From the human T2T-CHM13v2.0 reference genome, Homo sapiens, in NCBI RefSeq assembly GCF_009914755.1, contig NC_060928.1: a DNA stretch of 64,000 nucleotides. One strand, given 5' to 3'. Position 1 is the first letter of the stretch. Each line of letters starts with the position of its first letter. The notes below the pieces were generated by a model. The model worked only from the letters and a program-made list of their open reading frames with translations, was not told the DNA's origin and made no database searches. Positions 1 through 15,660 of this stretch are shown here, piece after piece. A program made the position numbers and the translations under genes.

Positions 1-358
1 TTCTTCTGCCCTTTGAAGCTCCTGGTTCTCTGGCCTTCAGACTCCAGATTCTGTAATTTATGCCAGCCTCACTTCCCCAGCCCTCCACCACACTCACCAG
101 CTCTCAGGCCTTTGGCTTCAAAGTAGAAGTTACAGCATCAGCTCTCCTTATTCTCAGGCCTTCAGATTCAGAGTGAATTATATGAGCAGCTCTGCTGATT
201 CTCCGGCTTGCAGACTACATAACATAGAACTTCCTTGCTTCGTTAATCATGTGAGCCAATTTCTTAATAAATGTCCCCATATCTCATCATCTACCTATAT
301 ATCTGTCTATATATATTTTCTATTTGTTCAATTTCTCTGGATAACCCTGAGTTGCACA
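1..358 (+). mobile_element. 5' LTR (partial, cut by window edge) of ERV-L provirus, MLT2 family
   Basis: Repeated CTCCTGGTTCTC/TCTCAGGCCTTCAGA units, AATAAA near 266 and an LTR-type end (TTTCTCTGGATAACCCTGAGTTGCACA). It is followed directly by the ERV-L internal start GATTTTGATACTGAAATTGGTTCTAGAGGAAC. Confidence 0.8.
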
Positions 359-3300
359 GATTTTGATACTGAAATTGGTTCTAGAGGAACATAATTTTAA
401 GAATGAGTTTTCCGAATTATTTAGGGGGTTCTAGAATTGGATCTCTACTCTGATTATACTTAAAGATATTAAAGATTCTATTTCTAGTAGTAAAGAGAGC
501 ACTGATAGTCCATGGTGTAATATCCAAAATATGTGCATTGGATACTCTTAATTAACCACTTATAATAAGCAAGGAAGTAAGCAATTACGTATATGACACT
601 TGCTAACATTTTGGAAATTTAAGAAATATAATGATACTGGTTGCTTGTTCCTAATGTCACTGGACAAAGTGATGAAAGAAAAAAATAAGTTCAGTGATTT
701 GAATTACAAGCTCAAGAGCCACATCAGTGATTTAAGAGCTTCTAGGTGTGCCCTGAGAAAGAGCATTATCTCCTACCACTGGAGGGCTGCAAGTGCTGAA
801 AATCAAATGTAGGACCTCATCCTGTGATTGGCTGAATCACAAGGCAAGTTGAACTCCTAGCCTTACTGGGTGTTTTCTGATAAGGTGACAACATGGATTA
901 GGAAAGCATGGGATCCTATAAGTTGAGATGGGACATGCAGAGAGACTTTAATGAAGCTGGGAACATTTAGCATCTGAATTCTGATGAGTCTTCTTTGGCA
1001 GTGGAAGTGGTCTCTCCACCGCTAGTAGAAGTAGGCTTTCTAACCCCAGCAAAAGCAGCCTTCCTATCTCCAGTTGCAGCAGCATCCCTGCCATATTGAA
1101 GTAAGCCTTTCCATTTCCTTATGAGGGAATTCAGCTTGCATTGCCTGAGGAAAAGGTTGTGGTCTTCCCTGAAATAGTGGTCATGCAAATCCCTGCTGAT
1201 TCTCCTCAGGACCCAACCCTACCATCCCTCTTCTATAATTATAACTAGACTCATGCCCCAGCAGGCCCCTAGAAGTGAGGCACAAAGTGTGACCCATGAG
1301 GAGATATGCTACTCTCCAAAAGAACTACTTGAGTTTTCTAATTTTTACCAGCAGAAATCCAGAGAATATGTGTGGAAATGGATATCAAAGCTGTGGAATA
1401 AAGGTGGAAGGAACTTAAGTTGAATCAGGCCAAATTTATTAATACAGGCCCAGTAGCAGAGATGCTGTATTTAATGTTGCACTCAAGGAGTTAGAAAGGT
1501 CTTTAACTGTTTGGTTGGTTGACTGGCTAAAACATGGATTAAAGAGCACATCACTGTGAGTGAATTGGAAATGCCTGCTCTCCCTCAGCTTTATGTAGAG
1601 GAAATGGTGCAGATTTAAAGAGAATGGAATGTTAGAGAGGATATATCATTTAAGACCTACTCATTCACACTAGGTGGGTTCAGAAGTCCTATCTTTCAAC
1701 AATATTTTGAGAAATAAATTCATGAGGGAAGCCCCAGTATCTTTGAAAATCTCAGTGATTCCTCTTCTCTATAGGTCAGATCTTACAGTGGGAACCATAG
1801 ACACTCAACTGGAAAACCTAAATGCAATGGGAGTAAGTGGTTCCTAGGGTGGCGGAAGCCAACGGGCAAGATGAGCACAGCTACGATAATGGACAGCAGA
1901 GTCAAAGCAGCAATCAGAATATTCAGACCCTTGCAGACCTCTGGTGTTCCTAGGAATAAAATTGCTAGGATGCTTACTAAACTCTTACTTGTTCTGTATA
2001 AGCAGATAATTTTCCAGCCAAATGAACAAAAATATAACTTAAATCATAAAACCATAGGTTCATGGCTCCTCAAATCCGCTCAAATTCCCATACTTAAGTC
2101 AATTAACAGACCCCCAAGCCCCGTGAATAAATGGGGTGCCAAGTACCCTTGAGGAAGGACTCTCAAATACTACCAAAAATTTATATTGTTAATATTACAC
2201 CCAGCCTTCCCCAAAGGGACCTATATCCTTTTGCCAAGATAACTGTGCATTGGGGAAATGAAATAATCAGACTTCAGGGACCACCAACACTGGCTCTTAA
2301 CTGGCAATAATTCCAGGAGACACAGAATGTCACTGTGGTCTACTAATCAGAGTAGATCCTTATGAAGGTCAGGGCATCAATGGAGTTTCTATCTCAGGAC
2401 CATTTCACAGTGTGTCCAGTGGGACCCCAAACCCAGCCTGTGATTATTTTCCCAGTTCCAGGTGCACAACTGGAATACATATACTTTACAGCTGGAAGAA
2501 TCCCCACATTGGTTCCCTGACCTGTGAGGTGAGATTATTATGGTGAGAAATGCCAAATGATAGGCATTAGAACTGCCTCTACCTAGTGAAACAGTAATAC
2601 CACATTCCTGAAGGAACTGCAGAGATTAGTGCCACCACCAAAAACTCAAAAGATGCAAGAATGCTATTTCCCACCACATCCCCACTTAACTATTCTCTTT
2701 GACCTGTGCAGAGTACAGAAGGATATTAGAGAATGACAGTGGATTATTGTAAGATTAACCTCATGGAGTTAAGACTCCAGCTGAAGCTTCTGTACCAGAT
2801 GTGGTTTAACTGATTGAGGAAATTAACATATTCCCGGGTACCTGGTATGTAGCATTAATCTGGAAAATGTTTTGTTGGGTTTTTTTCCTCCATACCTGTC
2901 AATAAAGTCTACCAGTAGTAGTTGCTTTCAGGGGGAAAGGCCATAAATCCACCTTTACTGTTCCCCTACCTCAGGGGTAGGTCAACTCTCCAGTCATGTA
3001 CCATAATTTCATCCATAGGGATCCTGATTGCCTTTTCATTCCACAATATATCATACTGTTCTACTACATTGATGACATTATGCTGATTGAACCTAGCGAC
3101 TGAGAAGTAGCAATGACTCTAGACTTACTGCATATGTATTTGAATGTCAAAGTGTAGAAAGTAAATCCAAATAAAATCCAGGGTCTTCTATTTCAGTGAA
3201 ATTTCTAGGGTCCTAGTGGTATGGGACATATCGCTATCATCCTCTAAAATGAGGGATACATTGTTGCATCCAGCCCCTTCTACAGCCAAGAAAGAGATCC

Positions 3301-6013
3301 AATGCTGTGAGCCTATTTGGATTTTGGATGAAACATACCCTTCATTTGAATGTATTACTTCAGCCAGTTTACCAAGTGAGTTACTAGTTTTGAATGTGGT
3401 TCAGAACAAGTGAAGACACTACAACAGGTTCAACTTGCTTTGCAAGATGCTTTGCCATTGAGCCATATGATCTAGCAGATCCAATGGTGCTTGCAGTGTC
3501 AGTGGCAGATAGGGATGCTGTTAGGTGCCTGTAGCAGACCCCCAAGGGTAAGTTAATGTGCGGGCCCTTAGGATTTTGGAGCAAGGCCCTGCCATCCTCA
3601 GATAACTATTCACCTTTTGAGAGACAGCTCTTGGCCTCCTACTGGGCCATAGTAGAAACCAAAAAAATTGATCATGGGCCATCAACTTATCATGTGACCT
3701 GAGCTGCCTGTCATGAACTGGTTATTACCTGACCCAGGAAGCCATAAATGTGGGCATGCACAGCAACACTCCATTATCAAATAAAAGTGGGATATACATG
3801 ATCAAGCCTGAGATGGCCCTCTAAGCACAAGTAAATTACATTAGGAAGTAACCTATATGTCCATAGTCCCCACTTCTGCTACACTGCCTTCTCTCTCCTA
3901 GCCTCATGGAGAATTATTTCAATCACCTGACAGAGGAAGAGAATACCTAGGCACAGCTACAGCATTACAGCCCCTCTGTGGGACATCCTTGAAGTACAGT
4001 GGTGAAGAAAAATCATCTCCATGGGTAGAAATTTGCACAGTACAACTGGTTGTGGACTTTGTTTGGTAGGAGAAATGGCCAGATTGTGATTATATACCAA
4101 TTCATGTGGCTAGATGGTCAGGGACTTTTGAGGGAACATAATTGGAAAATTTGTGACAAGGAAATTTGGGAAAGAGGTATGTGGATAGAACATTATGAAT
4201 GGGCAAAAACATGAAGATACCTGAGTCCACATCCATGAATGCTCACCAAAGGATGTCCTCAGCAGAGTAGGATTTTAATAATCAAGGGTATAGAAGGGCC
4301 TGTTATGTAGATACTAGTCAACTTTTTCCCCAGTCCCTTCTGTCATTGTCTAATGGGATCATAAACAAAGTGGGCATAGTGGCAGAAATGGTGGTTATGC
4401 ATGGATTCGGCAATATGAACTTCCACTCACCAAGGCTGACCTGGCTGTGACCAGCTTTGAGTGCCCAGTTTGCCAGCCATTGAGACCAACATTGAACCCC
4501 TCATATGGCACCATTTTTTATTGATTGATTACATTGGAGCTGGTGCCAGGTCAATTACATTCAACCATATTCATCCGGGAAGGGGCAGACACTTTATCAC
4601 TTGAATAGACACTTACTCTGCATTCGACTCATCACTGGAATAGACACTTACTCTGGATATAAATTTGTCTTAATTGTACACAATGCTTTTGCCAAAAATA
4701 CAATCCATAGCCTTACAGAATGCCTTATTCACTGTCGTGGCATTTCATGAAGCATTGCTTCTGATCAATGAGCTCACTTCACAGCAAAAGAAGTGTGACA
4801 GAGGGCCCATGCTCATGGAATCACTAGTGTAACCATGTTCTCCACCATCCATAAGAATATAGTTTGAAAGAAGGGTGGAACAGCATTTTGAAGACTCAGT
4901 TACAATGTCACCCAGGTGGCAATACCTTGAAAGAGTGAGACAAGGTTCTACTGAAGACTGTAGATGCTCTGAATCAGTGTTCACTACATGCTACTCTTTT
5001 TCCAATAGCCAGGATTCATGTGTCCAGGAATCAAGGGCTAAAAATGAAGTGGCGCTTTTCACCATTACCTCTACTGACCCACTAGCAAAACTTTGGCTTC
5101 TTCTTCCCACAGGTTTATGCTCTCCTGGCCTAAGGTCTAGATCCAGAGGGAGAAATATTTCCATCAGGAAACACAACAATGATTCCATTGAAATGGATAT
5201 TAAGACTGCCATCTGATCATTTTAGCCTCCTCATGCCTATGAGTCAATTGGCCAAGAAGGGAATTAAGGTGTTGGCTGTACTGATTGATCTGAACGTTCA
5301 AGGGGAAATTGGACTTCTACTCCACAATGAACGTAAGAAAAAGTATGTCTGGAATACAGGAGATCTTTTCTGGGTGTGTTTTAGCATTACTATGCCATAT
5401 AATTAAAGTCAATATAAAACAACACAGTCCAGGCAGGCCTATGAATGTCCCAAACCCTTCATTAATAAAAGTTTGGGTGACTTTGCTAAATAAAGGACCG
5501 TAATGAGGTAAAGTTCTCTCCAAAGGAAAGGAGAATACAGAAAGGAAACTAGAGGAAGGTACTTAAAAACACCAGCTAATTAACACAACTGAGTGTTCAG
5601 GGGGGATCAGATAAGACCACATGATACCTTATAGAATCCAGAATTATAATATTTCATGGGTATGTCATTATTTTGTTACAAATGTGATTGTGTATATATA
5701 AACATATTTAAGCAAATATTTGGATTTTTTCCTTTCTTATTCCTTATCTCATAACATGATGTCTTAAATTTATATCAGTATTTACATGCTGTTAATTTTA
5801 TATCATAGTATTTAAATTTTGGAATATCAGAAGAGTAAATATCACTTAAAAACTTGACCATCTCTTCTGAGAAATAAATTAGTTTCTCCTCAGTTGTATG
5901 CAGAACAGTTGTACCATTGTAGGTAAAATTATGACCTTCTTATCCTCTTTACTTAGAGATTAAGTATGATTTAAGGAGATGTGTAGGGGTGTCAACTTAA
6001 CAAGGGTTGGATA
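359..6013 (+). mobile_element. Degenerate ERV-L (HERV-L-like) internal region: gag, pol (RT/RNaseH/IN) and dUTPase remnants, no env
   Basis: RT motifs LPQG (2966-2977, followed by a TAG stop) and YIDD (3065-3076) are in one frame. There is an integrase-type CPVC near 4462 and a dUTPase-like peptide at 5179-5406. A purine tract AAGGGTTGGA precedes the 3' LTR. Many stops and frameshifts. Confidence 0.9.
5179..5406 (+). pseudogene. ERV-L dUTPase remnant
   Basis: ORF IPLKWILRLPSDHFSLLMPMSQLAKKGIKVLAVLIDLNVQGEIGLLLHN...YVWNTGD resembles the post-integrase dUTPase of ERV-L elements. Confidence 0.75.
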
Positions 6014-6454
6014 TGTGATGGTTGATTTCATGTGTCAATTTCATTAGGTTAAAGATGCCTGGATAACAGGTGAAATATTATTTCTGGGTGTGTCTGTGAA
6101 GGTGTTTTCAGAAGAGATAAGTGTTTGAATCAAGGGACTACGTAAAGAAGATTTGCCCTTATCAATGTTAGTGAGCATTATCCAAACCCTTAAGAGCCTG
6201 AATAGAGATAGACCAAATTCTCTCTCTTCTTGAGCCAGGACATTTATATTTTCCTGCTTTCAGACATCAGAGCCCCTGAATTAAAGCCCTTTGAAACCAG
6301 ACCAGAAGTTACTCAATCACTTCCTCTGGTTGTCAGGCCTTCAAGTTCTGACTGAATTACACTAACTCTCCTGGTTATTCAGCTTGTCCGTTGGATATCT
6401 TTGGACTTCTTGGCCTCCCTAATCACACAAGCCAATTCCCATAATAAATGTTCT

Positions 6455-6498
<44 letters not shown>

Positions 6499-6583
6499 AT
6501 CAGCTGTCTGTCTATCTATCTATCTTGTAGCTATATCTTAGATCAATACATAGATATATAGATCAATACATAGATAGATAGAT
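6455..6583. repeat. (TCTA)n tetranucleotide microsatellite with GATA-type repeats
   Basis: About 11 perfect TCTA units followed by degenerate TCTA/GATA units. Confidence 0.95.
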
Positions 6584-6600
6584 CCTATTTGGTCTGTTCC

Positions 6601-6736
6601 TTTTAATTTATTTTCTTTGTAGAGATGGGGCCCTCACCATCTTGCCCAGGCTGGTTTCAAACTCCTGAACTCAAACAATCCTCATTCCTTGGCTTCCCAA
6701 AACACTAAGATTGCAGGTGTGAGACACTGCTCTGCC
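6601..6736 (-). mobile_element. Alu left monomer (FLAM/AluJ-like)
   Basis: TTTGTAGAGATGGGG...CTTGCCCAGGCTGGTTTCAAACTCCTGAACTCAAACAATCCTC...GGCTTCCCAAA...CAGGTGTGAG. Confidence 0.85.
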
Positions 6737-6761
6737 AAATTCTATTTCTTTTTACTAATAT

Positions 6762-6897
6762 TTTTACTCACACAACCAATTCAAATGCTACTCTCTTCCA
6801 GAAATGCCCTCATAGACATACCCAGAAATAATGGTTTACCAGCTGTCTAGGCATTCCTTAGCACAGCAAATTGACACATATAAAATCAACCATCACA
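6762..6897 (-). mobile_element. 5' portion of an oppositely oriented MLT2-type LTR
   Basis: The reverse complement reads TGTGATGGTTGATTTTATATGTGTCAATTTG...CATTATTTCTGGGTATGTCTATGAGGGCATTTCTGGAAGAG, homologous to 6014-6146. Confidence 0.8.
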
Positions 6898-8227
6898 TTA
6901 ACCACCAGGAAATGTGCCTTTCTTTACTTTGTTATAATTTTCAACATTTTTTGTTTATTTTCTGTTTCTCGGTTTCATCTTTTATCTTTGCTATGAAGGA
7001 ACTGGTCTCTCCGTTTATTTGACCTGGTCCTAAAATACAACTGTGTCTCTACCATGTGATCCTATATCCCCAACCCAGTCACAGAAGCCTGGCTAAATAG
7101 TACACATAGAGGCACCTCTTTAGCAGCTATTTTGCTTTCTGGCCTTCAGTCCACAAGAGAGATGATAACTCAGAGAATATTGTCCTGGTCATCTCAGGAG
7201 ACCATTGGTAATTCACACAGGGCATGCAGCATGTGAAGCAAAACTTTCCTTAAGAACAATAATAGAATGCTTGTCAAACATAATAAAAGAGAAGTATATC
7301 ATAGGAGCTAAGAAAATACTTTAAAGGGACTAAAGAAGTGAGAGCATAAATATTAGAGAAAAAAATATATGGCTGTTAAAATATGTAGACATTAATTGAA
7401 GGTTTAATTATACTTACAAATAGATGATTGAATCAACAGGGACCAGTCAAATTTTAATTAAAAACCCTGTTTAATATGCTGTGTTTATTATGAAATGTAA
7501 AAAATAAATGTACAATCTCTAGTCTTTGACCATGAGAAACTTACAGTTTACTCACAGACCCGAAAGTATCCATAGAAAATTCAGAGGAGATGATAACAAA
7601 TATAAACTGCATTAAATATACTGGGAAAATAAAAACAGGCAGTGACTATATTGTGGTTAATCAGTGCAAGAAAATATGTCCTGTGGAAATAAGGAATAAC
7701 TTTTGTCTTCCTGATACAGTAATACAGAAATGGAGACAAATTTAGCAGCTTTCCTCCAAAAGAACTCTCAGAATTCCACTTGTGATTTTGTTAATTGCCC
7801 AAATTCAATATCAGGTTTAGAACTAAGACATTGTTAGTAGACCAGTGGCAGTTTCTTCTGCTGATGTAGACTCATAGTAATCAAAGTATGAAATTGATAT
7901 GCAAAAATCCAGAATACCATAACACTAATCTATAGTAACAAAGAACTATTACAGAGGCAAGGACATTTCTACCCCATATATCCAGCACATTATCTCAATG
8001 TTGGGAAGCCAAATTCAAATGATGAATTTTCTCATGTGTAAATAATCAGAACAAAGGAATATGATGAATTGAATAATAATCTAAATTAGGCTTTTTTTTT
8101 CTTTTTTACCTGATGCAACCATCTGACAATAGGAATGATATTGCCAATATTCAGGAATCAGTATAGTCTGATGTGTTTGCTAACTCCTTCTCTTTTTTTA
8201 GCAGAGCTTGGATGTGTAGTACAAATG

Positions 8228-10259
<2,032 letters not shown>

Positions 10260-12404
10260 CTAAATACTTTATATTTCTGTGGCTGACCAAAAACACTTCC
10301 AATTCAAATTTTCTATTTTGAAATGTTAAAATTTGTAATCAATTTATATTCTAGTCCATCAGACTTGGAAAATATTTTATCTTTTATATATGACTTTAAA
10401 ACTTTGTTTTTTGACTTTAGGATTTAACTTCTAGAGAGTAAGTTTATTTCTTTGATTTCTAGTATCTTGAGAGGTTGAGGTTCATATTTAAGTTCCTAAA
10501 TTTTTAATATATGTAAAAAATGCAAGACCTAAAATATAATATTAAGTCAATAATGTAATTAGTCAAATGCCTTTCAACTGAGAAGTTCAGTGTGCCATAT
10601 GTGAATTTACTATGTAATTCTTAGGAGAGCCTAAGAATACTAATTAGAATCCCATAAAAAGTAGACACACATGCAGTCATGATCTGCTTGGCTAGAAGCT
10701 CTGCAAGACAACTCCTATTTTTCTTGACTTTCTTTCTGCAATTGTTATACCATAAATAACTTCTTTGTATGTTAGCTTTAAATATGCATGCCCACTTTTC
10801 CCATTATTCTTAACTTGCATGAACAGCTGGACTCATTACAGAAACAGAACTATTTTTTTTCCTACAGAGAATGAGATGAGAGAATAATTTAAAACATTTA
10901 CAATGATATTTGAATGAAATGGCAAATAGGCAAGATGTGGGTGCTTTTCCACACTTTCTGTTCCTGTGCAACTTGCTTCCCAGTCGGCAGTGTGCTGTGT
11001 TCTTCTTACTGAAGCCCAAGTGTTCTGTATTGCTCGCCCTATAATTTTCTGGACAGAGTGAGCTGTGGTCTGTGCCAAGACAGAACTACACACTCCATTA
11101 TCTTTTCAATAGGCCTGAAAATTATTTGTTTAAAAATCTTTCCCACTGTCAATTTTAGAAGTGTTTGCAAAAGTAATTGTTATAGATTTCCCTCTAATTA
11201 TAATTTCAGAGTTGCCTCACATTCATTCTTTCCTATATCTCACCGAGAAACTCAACTTAAAGTTTGAAAATTACCTGTCTTTCATGGCTCTGTTTCTTGC
11301 CCAAGAGTTGTCCCTTCTTTATTCATCAATATTTTGTTTCACAAAATGCATTCAATTATTCCCCTGTCATTCTCATGAGAGCACTACACAATGAATCTTC
11401 TGAGGAACAGATTGTACCATGCCCTTAATTTCTCTCTTCACTACCCACAAAATCACCATATAACGGTGCCAGAAATTTATCTACTACAGCATTTCACTGT
11501 CAATGTCTTTTAGCTTGAGGAATGCTATAATTTTAGGATATTTTTTGGCCATGTCTGCCCAGTAACCATTTTTAAAGCATTTCATCATTTAGTACCCTAA
11601 AGAGTTCTACAATTTCAAGAGTGTTACAGAGATTCAGTTGTATTCAGTACATAGACAATTCACATTTTTAAAAACTCTAGCCGACTTTTAAATCTAATCT
11701 TTTTTCTAGATCTATGTAACTGCCGATGGAAAAAGAAAAAAACAATTTGAAATAGTACTGATTCTTATCATACATTATATTTTCTCACCAGATTCCATTT
11801 ACTATAATCATTCTTTATTTCCTAGTCTTTCCACAACATGGCAGGTAAATGTTCTTGTCCCTGCCTCAGGGACCTGACATACATAATCTCTAATCACTGT
11901 TTAATTCATTTCAATTTACATTCATGGCCTGAAAAGGTAGCTTCAAACCTACCTCCCCAAATTAGGAGTATCAGGATGGCATCATGAAATGAGTAGAGAT
12001 CTCAGTGAAACACTTTTTATTGCTGCTTAATAGCCACTTAATTTAAAAAAAAAAGACCTGTTGAAAATCATTGAGATTTTTTGAATTGTGTAGTTTCTTT
12101 GGAACAGATCTTATTTTTACTATGTTAAAAATCAATGCACAAGGAAGAATTTGCTAGAATGGTTCTCAGCTCCTATGCCCCCAGATTCTGAATATAGATT
12201 CTTTTCTGTGGCGCCCAGAAGCTTAATATCATTTTTCAGATTCCCATGTAACTAGAGTTCTGGATTTGATTTCGATTCAGCCAAACAGATAAACTAACAC
12301 AAGATTTGAAAAGCAGAAACCAAGAGAAGGAAGAAAATCTCCTGCTTCTGCTATTTATCTTACTGAAGGATAGTTTAGGATAGTTGAGGTTTTTCTGCAG
12401 TAGT

Positions 12405-13470
<1,066 letters not shown>

Positions 13471-13999
13471 AGTAGTTTTAACAGAGTTCTCACACTTCTA
13501 ACTCCACAGTACTTGAAAGGTAGGGCATGGACATACATTTTGTTCATTTGGATGATGGCTAACATGGTGTGCTTGTCCATCTTGACAAAACATAGAGTTA
13601 CTTACTTGGTTATGATGATTTATTGTGGCAGTGATGTTAGTCTGACATCTGTGGCCTCCTGACTGCAGAAGAGGTATTACCCTTGGTAGATATTTTGCAG
13701 CACATCTTTGAGAGACTTTTTTTAAAAGTAGACTTATATTTATAAATGTTCAATAAATCTGTATGTAACTCATATTCTATAAGTAGTCTACTATTGCTTA
13801 AAATATGGTGGAATTTGTTTGATGTGCATATAAATACTGACTGAAAAAGTAATTGGTAACAAGAATGTTTGAAAGTAATCACTTCTTAAGAAAATGGGAG
13901 TTTGGAGTTAAGTGACTTGGTTCAGTATTTAGTTGGCAATGTTTTTACTAGCATTATAAGATGGAGCATGGATAGTCTATGATATGCAATAGTAAAAGG

Positions 14000-14250
14000 G
14001 TTACTTGAATAAGCAGAGTTGGTTGAAGTCATAGACTGGAGATTTGTGGTCTATGTTTGAGTCTAACTTCTATCATATATTAGCCATTTGATCTTTAGCA
14101 AAGTAATTAACATATCTACCTCAATTTCCTCATCTGTATAATACTATTAACTTAATAGTTTTATTGTAAAGATAAATTAATATACTTAAAATGCCTTGAA
14201 AGATGGCAGGCATAGTGTGCTTTCTTTTCTGTTCATAAATATTGTTATTA
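14000..14250 (+). mobile_element. MIR SINE (approximate limits)
   Basis: Core TGATCTTTAGCAAAGTAATTAAC...CTCAATTTCCTCATCTGTATAA. Confidence 0.7.
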
Positions 14251-14285
14251 TTATTTTTACCATTATTGTTGTGGTGGTGGTGACT

Positions 14286-14783
14286 TGTCAAGAACTGTGA
14301 AGTTCAAGATTTTACCCCACATGCAAGCTAAAAAGTTAACCAGACACAGTGTTCTGAATATTGGCAGAAGTCATGAAACTCCTGGGTCAGAGACAAAAGA
14401 GCTTATTACTTACAGTAATAGTAATAGCTGGAATTTCATCATGTTTCCACCCACAGTCTAAGTCTCAATTCCTGTAGGGCAATAAAAGTATATTCAGCAG
14501 ACACCTACACACATAATAGATTACATTATGAGAGAGAATCATGATTAGGGAACCTGAAAGTTTTGTGAAAGGTAATAAACTTGCCTGGTCTTTGCCACAG
14601 AGAGACACAATATCTTTATCATACTAGAGTATAAATGACCAAAATTTGCTGCTATATTTTTCTCTCAAGGCTGCTAGCTCTACAAACACATTTGAAAAGT
14701 AAGCTTGGAACAAAGGCAGCCAGTCCTTTTGCTGACAAGATGTGCAAAAATGTGACACTCATGGAGAAGTGTTTCCTAAAACA
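14286..14783 (-). mobile_element. Solo LTR, LTR40-like (ERVL)
   Basis: TG...CA termini. The reverse complement starts TGTTTTAGGAAACACTTCTCCATGAG...TTTTTGCACATCTTGTCAGC...CTGCCTTTGTTCC, resembling LTR40. Confidence 0.7.
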
Positions 14784-14919
14784 TCTATCCCTGGTTTATA
14801 TACCATCTTGGCTTCTGGTGAATTTTTCTTTGAATACGTGACACTTTAATGGCTTACCCGACCTGACAGACAGAAGCTGAAATTATATCTGATCAGTTTG
14901 TCTTACACAGCATTTAATT

Positions 14920-15024
14920 AAGACTATTATCAGTAGGATCGCTATAAACATTGTGCCCATTTCATAAATGTGCCATTTCATAAATGGGCACAATGTTTAT
15001 AGAAATCTTATTGATAGTAGCCTT
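14920..15024. repeat. Inverted repeat / hairpin
   Basis: Perfect 21-bp arms at 14942-14962 and 14982-15002, with an imperfect extension of about 22 bp further on each side. Confidence 0.95.
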
Positions 15025-15419
15025 ATGAAATGATTTTAAAATTCAGTGCTTGGATAGGATGCTTATTCAAAAGGGTCAAATTTACATAAATTAATTTACA
15101 TTTTAGTTTTTAAGTAATTGGAACTGTCCCTCAAAATTTCAGAGGAAAATGTACAGGAATATGAAGGGTGTTCATCTTTTATGAGTTGGCTCAAGTCAAT
15201 TGTAAGAATTTCAGATCACTGAATATTAGCCTGGAGGTTCCCCATGGGCTAAAGAATGATTTTCACAGAGTCTTATTAATTATATAAATATTTTATATTC
15301 AAATCAATTTTTTTCAAAGCAAGAGAATTACAGAACCAGTGTGCAATTTAATGGTCAGACTCTGGATTAAAAATTCAAAATTAAAAATATGATTTTAGGC
15401 CAGTTTTTTAGCCAGTGCT

Positions 15420-15660
15420 TAAAGGAAATTATCCGGAATACAGACCAAAGACATGGGAACATAAAAGAGAGGTTAAAAGACACGGAGGGCTGAGTAAGAA
15501 GATCTAAATATATGTAATTGGTATTACAGAAAAATAGGGGAGAGAGAGTAGGGAGAAGTAATGTTATTTAAAGAGATAATGACTAAGAACGTTCCAAAAC
15601 TGGTAAACCAATGCCCAGATTCAAAGAATCCCAGTAAATTTCAATCAAAATATTTGAAAG
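15420..15660 (+). mobile_element. Ancient L1M ORF1-region fragment
   Basis: AGAGAGGTTAAAAGACACGGAGG...AAGATCTAAATATATGTAATTGG...TTTAAAGAGATAATGACTAAGAACGTTCCAAAACTG is typical of old L1 ORF1. Confidence 0.6.

Larger units (their letters stand above)
6014..6760 (+). mobile_element. 3' LTR of ERV-L provirus (MLT2 family), interrupted by (TCTA)n and an Alu monomer
   Basis: Starts TGTGATGGTTGATTTCATGTGTCAA...TTATTTCTGGGTGTGTCTGTGAAGGTG and has AATAAA near 6443. The end CCTATTTGGTCTGTT is broken by an Alu monomer and resumes near 6740. Confidence 0.85.

Noticed and set aside
4594-4655. Tandem duplication of ATCACT(T/G)GAATAGACACTTACTCTG in ERV-L integrase
   Set aside because: An ordinary slippage duplication in a dead element.
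600-5523. ERV-L ORFs as a domesticated retroviral gene
   Set aside because: No ORF exceeds about 113 aa, there is a stop right after LPQG, and the dUTPase lacks intact motifs.
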